Shown here: positions 1 to 8,690 of the stretch, one piece after another
Layout: the number at the start of each line of letters is the position of its first letter
Numbering within the stretch: the stretch's first letter is position 1
Assembly (NCBI GenBank): GCA_003193925.1
Contig: PSPG01000012.1
Coordinates: forward strand, 1 to 64,000
DNA: 64,000 nucleotides
Reading direction: 5' to 3'
Source of the DNA: Candidatus Thalassarchaeum betae
GTDB taxonomy: Archaea; Thermoplasmatota; Poseidoniia; Poseidoniales; Thalassarchaeaceae
Translations under genes and position numbers: made by a program
Notes under the pieces: model-generated
Seen by the model: only the letters and a program-made list of their open reading frames with translations
Databases searched by the model: none
Told to the model about the DNA's origin: nothing

Positions 1-124
1 ATCCATTGTGTCCTATTACGCCAATACTATCGCCTTCGTCGATGCGTAAATTTACCCCCTCTAGAACTGTCAGTGGACCGAAGGCCCTGTGTACTTCTTC
101 GAGGCGAATTAACTCTCTGACCAC
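1..124 (-). CDS. ABC ATP-binding protein, probably ABC-F type (5' part only, runs off the window)
   Basis: Manual translation from GTG at 124: MVRELIRLEEVHRAFGPLTVLEGVNLRIDEGDSIGVIGHNG.., a typical ABC N-terminus entering Walker A (GxNG). Not in the ORF track. Confidence 0.75.
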   Translation of the reverse strand, partial: MVRELIRLEEVHRAFGPLTVLEGVNLRIDEGDSIGVIGHNG

Positions 125-255
125 GCCTCTCCGCGAGAGCCCCCCCTACAAGTAACCGATTGACTGGGGGGCGACTCATTCGCTACCCATTGCAACGCGG
201 GCGACTCATTGGGGTGGGCACTTACCCCTATGAGTCAGATACGTGTTGCGTGTTC

Positions 256-1152
256 TCATAACGATCTGCGATTCAATTCAGAGTTTAGCTTAGTTGGGAT
301 CTCACTTTCAACTCGTATCCTGTTCCCATTCGGATGTTCAAATTCAAGTGAAGACGCGTGTAAACACAATCTGTTCACACTAGCCTTACCTCGGCCATAC
401 CGAGTATCACCAGCAACCGGACAACCAATTTCACTCATGTGGAGTCTAATTTGAGATCTCCTCCCTGTGTCGATTTTTATTCTGATTAAACTATGAATCG
501 GTGCAGTCTGCTCTATTCTCCAGTTAGTAATCGCTTCCTTACCAGCTCTCCTCCCCTTCGTTACTAAACGCATCCGTTTATCTTTCGTCTCCTGAATACG
601 AGAGGTTACGACACCTGAATCGGAAGGAGGTTTTCCGAATACGACAGCATGATAGATTCGATTAATCGTACGATCTTTGAATTGTTTTTGCAGCATATTT
701 CTCACTTCTGGAGACTTAGCGAGAAGCAAACAACCAGATGTTTCCCTATCAAGACGATGAACAAGATGTACTCGAGTTGAATGATTTCTTGAAACCCAAT
801 TCAGTGTCCGGTCAAACATTGTATCCAATTCCCCCCTCTGGGTTGCCACAGAAAGAAGACCTGCAGGTTTGTTGACGACAATTAATGAGTGATCATCGAA
901 TAGAATAATCGGATCTGGAATTCCATCAATTTTTACCCCGGGAGGACTATCTCCTTCAGAACGAGAGAGTGTTTCTACAATTGATCCGATGGAAACAATT
1001 TCCTTAGCACGAGTCGCCTTGTTACCATCTATCCGCACGCGTCCATGATCAATCATTCGCCGCAGTGAGTTTTTCTTTGCTTCAGGATGGAGGATTGATA
1101 GAACATCAATCAAATGCCCTTGTACCACTGCCTCAATCCTTTGGTTGGCCAT
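256..1152 (-). CDS. RluA/RluD-family RNA pseudouridine synthase with N-terminal S4-like domain
   Basis: Motifs VVNKPAGL, VHRLDRETSG (catalytic Asp), TGRRSQIRLH, GDTRYG, LCLHA. Confidence 0.92.
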   Translation of the reverse strand: MANQRIEAVVQGHLIDVLSILHPEAKKNSLRRMIDHGRVRIDGNKATRAKEIVSIGSIVETLSRSEGDSPPGVKIDGIPDPIILFDDHSLIVVNKPAGLLSVATQRGELDTMFDRTLNWVSRNHSTRVHLVHRLDRETSGCLLLAKSPEVRNMLQKQFKDRTINRIYHAVVFGKPPSDSGVVTSRIQETKDKRMRLVTKGRRAGKEAITNWRIEQTAPIHSLIRIKIDTGRRSQIRLHMSEIGCPVAGDTRYGRGKASVNRLCLHASSLEFEHPNGNRIRVESEIPTKLNSELNRRSL

Positions 1153-1255
1153 GAATCTGGCAGAGGGAGGTCCCCATCAAGTTTGACGGGTGTATTCTTC
1201 TTCGTACGTAGATTATTGTGTGGATAATGGGTACTCCTAGAATCGGTGAATCCTC

Positions 1256-2269
1256 GTGGGTCCGAATCCACGAGGGTTCGGAAATACTCAAGACTCAGAC
1301 ATACAAGTCAGCATCGTGAATTCCAGTGAGTCGGGTTTCCCAACGAAGCTCGCCAGTGCGTTGGATGCCATTGGCAACACGCCGATAGTCAAACTCCAGA
1401 AGATCGTTCCCGAGGGCTGCGCTGACGTATATGTGAAGTTGGAGTCATTCAATCCTACCGGGTCGAAGAAGGACAGGATGGCCCTCTCCATGATAGAGGG
1501 CGCAGAGAGGAGGGGGGAGCTCCGCCCTGGAATGACGGTAGTCGAATACAGCGGCGGCAGCACGGGCTCTTCACTCGCTTTCATCTGCGCTGTCAAGGGC
1601 TACCATTTCCATGTCATCTCGGCCGACCCATTTGGTAAGGAAAAACTCGACACGATGCGAGCCTTCGGGGCTAATCTCGAGGTCATGGATAGCCCCGAGG
1701 GGGAGATCACGGCCGAGGTGGTCCGCGGTATGATTGCCCGTGCAGCCGAATTGGCCGAGGATGAGAATTACTTCTTCACTGACCAGCTGAACAATGACGA
1801 CATCATCCTCGGATTTGAGAGGATGGGGGAGGAGATCATCGAGCAGATTGGTGGACCCATCGATGCCTTCTGCGATTCCGTCGGCACCGCCGGATCACTT
1901 CTCGGAGTCAGGGAGGCATTCCGTAAGGCGGGTCAGGACACGAGGATAGTCGCCCTCGAACCCGCTTCCTCTCCAATAATGACGGAGGGGCGAAAGGGGG
2001 GGCACAATGTCGAGGGCATTGGACTCGGATTCATCGTGCCTCATCTAGAGGGTGAGCCGTATGACGAGGCGCGAGCCGTCGAAGAGAGCGTGGCGCGTGA
2101 GACGGCAGTTCGCCTAGCTCGCGAGGAAGGCATCTTCGCCGGCACATCGAGTGGGATGAATGTCGCCGGCGCTCTGGAACTGGCTGCCGAACTAGGCCCG
2201 GGCAAGACTGTCGTGGCGATTGCTGTCGATACCGGTTTGAAGTATCTCTCAGAAGGGTTGTTCTCTTAG
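1256..2269 (+). CDS. PLP-dependent cysteine synthase family protein (true start may be GTG about 1316)
   Basis: IGNTPIVKL, KLESFNPTGSKKDRMA (PLP Lys), VGTAGS, AREEGIFAGTSSG, DTGLKYLS. Confidence 0.88.
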   Translation: MGPNPRGFGNTQDSDIQVSIVNSSESGFPTKLASALDAIGNTPIVKLQKIVPEGCADVYVKLESFNPTGSKKDRMALSMIEGAERRGELRPGMTVVEYSGGSTGSSLAFICAVKGYHFHVISADPFGKEKLDTMRAFGANLEVMDSPEGEITAEVVRGMIARAAELAEDENYFFTDQLNNDDIILGFERMGEEIIEQIGGPIDAFCDSVGTAGSLLGVREAFRKAGQDTRIVALEPASSPIMTEGRKGGHNVEGIGLGFIVPHLEGEPYDEARAVEESVARETAVRLAREEGIFAGTSSGMNVAGALELAAELGPGKTVVAIAVDTGLKYLSEGLFS

Positions 2270-2306
2270 TGAACTTTTGTGAGTTCAGACTCACGAGGAT
2301 TTGGAA

Positions 2307-2834
2307 TCATTCGTCTTCACCCGAGAGGTTCGCACTGATCTGCTGGAGTATGTCCCTGATCTCGACGAGAACGTCGTTGGACGGCGACTCCTGACCGCTG
2401 ATGCCCGGTGAGGTGGTCAACGAGTCGCGTTGCTTGAGGACCATGTCACGGAACTTGGGTCCGTCCTTGACGCCCGTGAGGCTGAATGGGGTCGAGCCCG
2501 CGGTCTCGAACGTCATCTTGACCACTCCGAGAGCGTTCAGGATTGGCCCCTCGTGTATGGATACGTCAGTGAGTTTGTCGAGCGGTATGTTCTGCTGCTT
2601 CTTGAACAGCCATCCCATGCGGATGTTGATTGAGCGGTCGGTCAGGGCGCATGCCAGGTGATCGTACTGCTTCCTGTGAACCAACCAACCGAAGGGCAAC
2701 CAGATAATCAGCAGGGGTATGCCGACGAAGCTCACCGTCAGAGCAAACATTGCCGAAAGCCACCAGTATACTATCACCTTCCTGTCGAACTCCACTGAAA
2801 CGATGTGGCCGCTGTCGGCGTAGCCCTCTGTCAT
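2307..2834 (-). CDS. Bacterial PH-domain (YdbS/DUF304-like) membrane protein
   Basis: Two TM segments followed by INIRMGWLFKKQQNIPLDKLTDVSIHEGPI..LG...FETAG. Start moved to MTEGY. Confidence 0.75.
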   Translation of the reverse strand: MTEGYADSGHIVSVEFDRKVIVYWWLSAMFALTVSFVGIPLLIIWLPFGWLVHRKQYDHLACALTDRSINIRMGWLFKKQQNIPLDKLTDVSIHEGPILNALGVVKMTFETAGSTPFSLTGVKDGPKFRDMVLKQRDSLTTSPGISGQESPSNDVLVEIRDILQQISANLSGEDE

Positions 2835-3029
2835 GGAACCACGATTTCCCTTGTCTTCAATAATGTTGGTAATACCCTGACTAGGGCCAATCCTCGAGAA
2901 TCCGCTCCTCTTCCAGAGGACGATGCTCGTGTCGGGAAACGAAGGAAAAATGGCTTCCGGCACGATGCGACTACGTCGAGGTCACCATTGGACCGAAAGG
3001 ACTTGTTGGTGCCTCTTGGTTCGTCCGCC

Positions 3030-4430
3030 ATGCGAGGAATGGACTGGCTCCCCCGACTCATGGCGGCGGGTTTCGCTGACCGGCCGAAAGCGGCGATGCT
3101 GCTGCTGCGGCTGGCGCTGGGGGTGACGCTGCTGCTGGCGCCGGGCAACCGCTCCGCCGAGCACCTGCTGCTGCACGAGGTGGCGGAGGATACCTGGGTT
3201 CCGCTGGGGCTGCTGGGGGGCGTCGAGACCGCCTTCCGGCTGGTGGACCTGCTGGAATACGGGCTCGGGCTGCTGCTGCTGACCGGCTGCTTCACCCGCT
3301 GGGCCGCACTGGCGGCCGCCGCGCTGTTCGCAGCCTTCATCGCCGGTATCGGGCTAGTCGAACTCAACCGCGATGTCGGGCTGCTGGCAGGATCCCTAGC
3401 GCTGGCGCTGCTGGACGATGGTGGCTGGAGCGTCGACCGGCTGCTGCAGCCCCGGTGGAGTTTCTCGGCCCGCGCCGGAGCGTGGCTGGAGGCGCGGCTG
3501 GCGCGCTTCCCGCCGAGCACGCCAGGGCTACTGCTGCGTGGAGGCCTCGCGTTCACTCTGATCGCCACCGGCGTGCTGCTCTTCCGGGGAGTCGCCAGCT
3601 TCGGCAGCCCCATCTTCCTCAATCCCGAACCTGCGCCGCTGATCGCTACGGCGGAGCTGGCGCTCGGACTGTGGCTGATCTCCGGCTGGCGCAGCCGCGC
3701 GGCGGGTGTGGTTGTGTGCGGATATTTCGTACTGGCGCATCTGCAGTTCGGTTTCGAGACCCAGATGCGATCGCTCATCCTGGCGGGCTGCGGCGGGGCT
3801 CTGGGCTGCCTCGGCAGCCCGGCGCTGTCGTGGGTCGATCTACGTGGGATCTGGAGCGACGGCTGGTCGCTTGCGCCCGCCGCGACGCGCACTGGGGCGG
3901 CCGGGCTGGCAGCGCTACTGCTACTGGCGCTGGCACCGGCGCTAGCCTGGGGGGCAGGGGCAGAGGACCATCACGAAATCTACTTCGAACTCTACACGGG
4001 CGAAATCGGCCCCTTCACCTATGATGCAGATGAGGGGCAGATGGCGAGCGGTGTGGAAACGCTCAGCGTCTTGAACCTAACCTACCTCTCATTCAGCCTG
4101 GCGGTGCAGGACTCCGACGGGAATCAGGATCAGGTCTCGATCGATGTCAGCAGTCCCGGTGGCGTCTCCCTCTCTGGGGCAACCTCCGAACAGCTGGAGC
4201 TGCTGTTCCAGCTGGGTGATCCCCCCCCGGAAGGCAACCTGCCGGAGGGGGCGGGCGCCCTGTACCAGCACACCAACGGGACCGGCCCCTGGAACATCGC
4301 CATGGAGTGCGAGGAGGCCCCGGGGACCGTGGTGCTGGGGCAGGACCTGGGCGATGACGGGGTGTGCGACTGGACGGTGGGCCTCATCTACCAGTTCTTC
4401 GAGAGCCACATCGTCGAACACGGCCACTGA
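3030..4430 (+). CDS. Tandem DoxX-like membrane protein with C-terminal acidic extracytoplasmic domain
   Basis: Two DoxX-like units (LLLRLALG..LEYGLGLLLLTGCFTRWAA..RDVGL..GGWSVD; LLLRGGL..AELALGLWLISGWRSR), then a soluble acidic domain containing two Cys. Confidence 0.6.
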   Translation: MRGMDWLPRLMAAGFADRPKAAMLLLRLALGVTLLLAPGNRSAEHLLLHEVAEDTWVPLGLLGGVETAFRLVDLLEYGLGLLLLTGCFTRWAALAAAALFAAFIAGIGLVELNRDVGLLAGSLALALLDDGGWSVDRLLQPRWSFSARAGAWLEARLARFPPSTPGLLLRGGLAFTLIATGVLLFRGVASFGSPIFLNPEPAPLIATAELALGLWLISGWRSRAAGVVVCGYFVLAHLQFGFETQMRSLILAGCGGALGCLGSPALSWVDLRGIWSDGWSLAPAATRTGAAGLAALLLLALAPALAWGAGAEDHHEIYFELYTGEIGPFTYDADEGQMASGVETLSVLNLTYLSFSLAVQDSDGNQDQVSIDVSSPGGVSLSGATSEQLELLFQLGDPPPEGNLPEGAGALYQHTNGTGPWNIAMECEEAPGTVVLGQDLGDDGVCDWTVGLIYQFFESHIVEHGH

Positions 4431-4532
4431 TTCTTCCCCGCCCCGGTACCAGCCGCTCTCGCAGCGCTCAGCGCAGTGAGATGTGGAAGGAGTCGTCCCA
4501 TGACTGGTAGGCGTAGCAATTGTGCTTCCCGC

Positions 4533-4744
4533 TCATGAGGCATCTCTCCTTTCCTGAAGGAATGCGACCAAGGCATCGATATCCTGGAACTCGATGGTTA
4601 CAACGCTGATGTGTTCGCAGTCCTGGCAGATGAAACGCTTGCCGGTCTCATACCCCATGTAGGGGGCGATGCGGAGTTCGAACAGACCTCAATCGTCTGG
4701 TTCCCCTTATCGCCGTCGGTGTCGGGCTGTTCATCGGAGCTCAT
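4533..4744 (-). pseudogene. Small Zn-ribbon protein interrupted by a frameshift (or assembly error)
   Basis: ATG 4744 (AGGAG upstream) gives MSSDEQPDTDGDKGNQTIEVCSN; a different frame then gives LRIAPYMGYETGKRFICQDCEHISVVTIEFQDIDALVAFLQERRDAS* (stop 4533). The 212-nt span is not a multiple of 3. Confidence 0.55.
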
Positions 4745-4787
4745 TTCTCTCGTTCTCCTGCGGAACCGTCGGACTGAGCGCCATCGC

Positions 4788-5147
4788 TCACGACCCCCTG
4801 CGACGTCGACCCGGCTTCCACAGACTCGAGCCGTCGGCGCGAGTCTCGGCGTAACACCCGCGCCGGTTATGCCCGGTCCGGCCGCATCGACCGCACCGAT
4901 ACTCCCTCTCGGCGGGCTTGACCTCCGGCTCCTTCTCAAACCGCGTCTGGACCCTCGAGGCGGTGGTTTGGTCGTGGCACTTGCGGCAAATGTGAACGAT
5001 GTTCCCCTGGCTCTTCATGAGCCACTCCTGGCTCGTCTTCTCGGCGCGGTCCTGGCTGGTGATGTGGTACGGGTCCAACTTGGCCACTCGCCCGCAAATC
5101 GGGCACTTTCCGCGGTTCTCGGTCCGGTCCCATTGCCGCCGCGCCAT
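4788..5147 (-). CDS. HNH-like Zn-binding domain fused to a CCHC zinc knuckle
   Basis: CPIC..YHI..GNIVHICRKCHD (HNH-type pattern) plus CGRCGRTGHNRRGC (C-x2-C-x4-H-x4-C); basic C-terminal tail. Confidence 0.65.
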   Translation of the reverse strand: MARRQWDRTENRGKCPICGRVAKLDPYHITSQDRAEKTSQEWLMKSQGNIVHICRKCHDQTTASRVQTRFEKEPEVKPAEREYRCGRCGRTGHNRRGCYAETRADGSSLWKPGRRRRGS

Positions 5148-5321
5148 GCTCGACGAGGCGGGGCGGGGGACTTCAACATGGCCGCTTATCTCGATCTATA
5201 TGGGAAAGCAACGGGAAATCATGTCACCGGTGATTCCATACACGGACGGGTGCGACTTCGCTCGTTATCTCCTGTTCACAGCCTGCAAAACCCCAAAATC
5301 ACAGGGCCCCGTCCTGACTGC

Positions 5322-6041
5322 ATGCAGAGGTGCGGCGTCGACGAGATCAGTGCCGCCTTCGACGCCGGCGAGGAGATTTCCCTTCTTCTGGTGCTCCGTG
5401 ACTCCGAGGCCCCCGATGTGGCACGTCTGAGAGCCATCGCCGAGGAGCGGGGTATCCCCGTCAGGGAAGTCTCCAGTAGCGACGTCTGGAGGATGGCGAG
5501 GGACAACCGCGACGAGACTCCCGAGGTGCTCGCGCTGGTCGGCCGCGACCCCGGCGCGAGTCTCGAGGAGGTGCTTGAGCGAGGCGGGCTGGTCTGGATG
5601 CTTGCGGGGGCGCTCTACCCGGTCAACATCGGCTTCACCATCAGGACCGCAGAGGTCAGCGGCGCGGATGCGGTGCTCGTGGACTGCCAACTAAGCCACA
5701 GCGAGCGCAAGGCGGCTCTGCGCGCCTCGATGAAGGCCCACCGTTTCATGCCCGTTCACTGGGTCGACGGCTTGCAGGCCATCGATTCCGCCAAGGCCTC
5801 AGGGTTCAGGGTGATAGCCATCGAGGACACCGGCGAGGCCGGCCCGTGGGATGCCGACCTGACAGGCGATGTGATGCTGATTGTGGGCGGCGAGCACGAC
5901 GGGATTCCTGACGAGATGCTCGCCGCCTCGGACCTCGTGGTCCGGATTCCGATGAGTGGCTTCGTCCCTTCCTACAACCTGCAGGCGCCGATGGCCGTGG
6001 TTGCAGTCGAGGCGCAGCGGCAGCGCTCCGGCGACGACTAG
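5322..6041 (+). CDS. TrmH/SpoU family RNA 2'-O-methyltransferase
   Basis: YPVNIGFTIRTAEVSG, IVGGEHDGI, RIPMSGFVPSYNL (SPOUT motifs). Start moved to MQRCG. Confidence 0.88.
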   Translation: MQRCGVDEISAAFDAGEEISLLLVLRDSEAPDVARLRAIAEERGIPVREVSSSDVWRMARDNRDETPEVLALVGRDPGASLEEVLERGGLVWMLAGALYPVNIGFTIRTAEVSGADAVLVDCQLSHSERKAALRASMKAHRFMPVHWVDGLQAIDSAKASGFRVIAIEDTGEAGPWDADLTGDVMLIVGGEHDGIPDEMLAASDLVVRIPMSGFVPSYNLQAPMAVVAVEAQRQRSGDD

Positions 6042-6856
6042 TAGCCGCGCTCGATCAGGCCCGCTGCGTCGGCTCCAATCAGGATCGCACCCAGAATCGC
6101 CGCACCCAGCAGGATGTGCTTGAGCGCTTGACGCCCGGTCTCTGGGTTGTGGATGTCCGGAAGTGTGTCCACGGTGGCCACGTAGAGGAAGGTGCCTGCG
6201 GCGAACAGCATGGCGAGCGCGACCGTTTGCTCTTCCACGTCTTGCAGGGCGTAGAACGAGACCACGATCATCACCGGGGTTGCGAGCGCGAACAGGAGGA
6301 CGTCGCGGATGGCGTCCCTCCTCTGGTCGCGCTCGTGCAGGGCGAACACACCGAGGCTGAACGCGGCGGGCACCTTGTGGGACACGACTGCAAAGGCGAC
6401 CAGCGCGGTCACCGCTTCGTTCGCTCCCGCCGCGGCTGAGCCGATTGCGAGCCCGTCAGCGGCCGAGTGCAGCGAGAGGCCCAGCACCAGCAGCCAGGGG
6501 GCGGACTGGTGGTGGATGTGGCCGTGACCGTGCTCCTCGGCGTGGTCGTGGTGCTCCTCATGGACGGCGTGGCCGATGCCCGAGCCCTCCAAGACGAGCA
6601 TCAGCAGGAATCCGGCTAGTATCGCGCCGCCGAGCACCAGTGGCCCAAGCTCCCCCTCGCCCATAGCCAGCTCGAAGCCCTCGGGTATGACCACCAGCAT
6701 CGCCGAGGCCAGCAGGATGCCGGCGGCGATTCCCGTCAGGCGCCTCAGCGCCTCTTCGTTGTCCTTGATGCTGCCTAGGATTGGGATCATGCCCCCGACG
6801 AAGGCCAGAACGAAGGTCAGGACGGCAATCTCGATGGGCACCTCGGCAATCGCCAC
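6038..6856 (-). CDS. ZIP family divalent metal (Zn) transporter
   Basis: Multiple TMs, His-rich loop HAVHEEHHDHAEEHGHGHIHH, LHSAADGLAIG, HKVPAAF, AAGTFLYVA. Confidence 0.9.
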   Translation of the reverse strand: MAIAEVPIEIAVLTFVLAFVGGMIPILGSIKDNEEALRRLTGIAAGILLASAMLVVIPEGFELAMGEGELGPLVLGGAILAGFLLMLVLEGSGIGHAVHEEHHDHAEEHGHGHIHHQSAPWLLVLGLSLHSAADGLAIGSAAAGANEAVTALVAFAVVSHKVPAAFSLGVFALHERDQRRDAIRDVLLFALATPVMIVVSFYALQDVEEQTVALAMLFAAGTFLYVATVDTLPDIHNPETGRQALKHILLGAAILGAILIGADAAGLIERGY

Positions 6857-6947
6857 GCCACTGCCACCCAGCAACTCGATTTGAAACGAACGGATTCGAT
6901 AATACGATTGCGTTGTATTGAAGGTGGCCGCCATACGGGGGTCAGGT

Positions 6948-8690
6948 GTGGACATCCCAGATGGCCTACGCTCGATGCTCGAGGGCGAGCTCGGCCCGAC
7001 CAAGCAGAAGGCTGCTCGCCTAGTCGTCGATCTGGCGTCTACTGCGGGAGCCAGCGAGTTCGTGTGCGTGGAGCACGCGCACGTCTCGGGGGTGAGCGTG
7101 CTCACCGGCGGTCACGGCCTTCGCCGCTTCCTCTCCGACCTGGCCGGTGACCCCGAGGGCAGGGTCGCGATTCCGACTACTCTGAACTCCGCGGGCTGTG
7201 ACCACGAGCGGATGGAGGAAATGGGCATAGACCACCCGGACTTCCTCGAGCAGCAGTTCGAGATCGTGCACGCGTACTCCGAGCTTGGCATCGACGCGAT
7301 CCTCTCGTGCACGCCCTACGACCGCGGTATCGACGCAGGGGACGGCATAGGCTCGTGGGCCGAGTCCAACGCCGTCTGCTTCTCCAACTCCTACACCTCG
7401 CTGATCACCAATCGCGAGTCCGGGCTCTCCGCCCTCGCGACCGCCCTCACCGGCTGGGCGCCCTACTGGGGTCTGCACGTTGTTGAGAACCGCGTTCCTA
7501 ACATCCTCGTCAGCGTCGAGTGCGAGATGTCTGACGCTACCGACTGGAGCGTGCTGGGCGACTGGATAGGCAAGCAGGTACGACCCGACTGGAATCTGCC
7601 TTGGGGACCGATGCCTCGTATCATCGGTCTGCCGTGGGCCAGTTTCGAGATGCGCAAGGCGCTGAGCGCGGCGGCTGCCAACTACGGCTGCCCGATGCTG
7701 TGGGCTGACGGCCTCACTGCCGATGCACCCGCTGTCGACGGCTACCAGGGTGAGCTCACCTTCACCGAGGCGGACCTCGTCGAGCGCTACCGCGAACTCG
7801 CCCCGAGGGGGCAGGTCGACCTCGTGGTCATCGGCTGCCCACAAGCCAGCGTCGGCGAGGCGCGCGCTACCGCGGCGGCCGTCCGCGTGCGGATGGAGCT
7901 GGGAGAGGCGATCCCGAACCAGCGGCTCTGGGTCTTCATGAGCGGGCACAACCACGACCTCATCGCCGCCGACGGCACTCTGGACGTGCTGGAAGAAGCC
8001 GGGGCGCTGGTGCTGCGTGACACCTGCCCCGAGGTTACGCCCTACAACCGCTCGCGCTACAACCACCTGCTGACGAACTCGCTCAAGGCCGAGCACTACC
8101 TGACCAGTGGACTGAACCGCATGCCGACAAGCGTGGCCCCCCTCGAGCAGTGCGTCGCCCACGCCTTCGACCCGACGCTGGTCGAGGGCCCGAGCCCGGT
8201 ACTCAGAGCCGAGGGAGCCAAGTCGATGGCCTCTGCCAAGTCTCACCGCGGCGGCAAGCACGAATCAGCGGGCAGGGGTATCCCGAGCCAGAGTGAGTGG
8301 AGCATCACCGGCAAGGCGCTCGTCACCGACGTGCCGATCACCTACCTCGGCTACGTCAACCGGGACACCGGCACCATCGAGGAGCCCGGCCACCCTCTCA
8401 ACGGGACTGCAATCGAGGGCACCGTGCTGATCTATCCGAAGGGCTCGGGCTCGACGGTGGCGCCATTCGTGCTGATGGGGCTGATCTACACCGGCAAGGG
8501 ACCCGCGGCCATTGTCAACCGCGACGTCTGCCCGCTCACCCTTCCCGCGGCCTCCCTACTGGGCCTTCCATACGCCCACAGTTTCGATTCAGACCCGACG
8601 CTGGAGGTCAACACCGGAGATCAGGTCGAATTGACTCTGGCCGGCGGAAACGCGAATCTCAGGGTCGTCGCCCGTGTAAGCGAGGATTGA
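6948..8690 (+). CDS. Aconitase X: catalytic (DUF521-like) domain fused to C-terminal swivel (DUF126-like) domain; phosphomevalonate or hydroxyproline dehydratase-like
   Basis: PTTLN, SCTPY, WAESNAV, TNRESG, IGCPQAS, DTCP, TNSLKAEHY; then the small-subunit motifs GKALVTDVPITYLGYV..TGTI..HPL.G..I.G..L.YPKGSGSTV. Confidence 0.85.
   Translation: MDIPDGLRSMLEGELGPTKQKAARLVVDLASTAGASEFVCVEHAHVSGVSVLTGGHGLRRFLSDLAGDPEGRVAIPTTLNSAGCDHERMEEMGIDHPDFLEQQFEIVHAYSELGIDAILSCTPYDRGIDAGDGIGSWAESNAVCFSNSYTSLITNRESGLSALATALTGWAPYWGLHVVENRVPNILVSVECEMSDATDWSVLGDWIGKQVRPDWNLPWGPMPRIIGLPWASFEMRKALSAAAANYGCPMLWADGLTADAPAVDGYQGELTFTEADLVERYRELAPRGQVDLVVIGCPQASVGEARATAAAVRVRMELGEAIPNQRLWVFMSGHNHDLIAADGTLDVLEEAGALVLRDTCPEVTPYNRSRYNHLLTNSLKAEHYLTSGLNRMPTSVAPLEQCVAHAFDPTLVEGPSPVLRAEGAKSMASAKSHRGGKHESAGRGIPSQSEWSITGKALVTDVPITYLGYVNRDTGTIEEPGHPLNGTAIEGTVLIYPKGSGSTVAPFVLMGLIYTGKGPAAIVNRDVCPLTLPAASLLGLPYAHSFDSDPTLEVNTGDQVELTLAGGNANLRVVARVSED

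Noticed and set aside
4611-5321. N-terminal 237-aa extension of the TrmH ORF
   Set aside because: Low-complexity antisense read of the HNH-knuckle and Zn-ribbon genes; the SpoU-like sequence starts at ATG 5322.
8297-8689. N-terminal extension of the tgtA ORF
   Set aside because: It overlaps the AcnX swivel domain in another frame; the TGATG coupling at 8690 is a better start.
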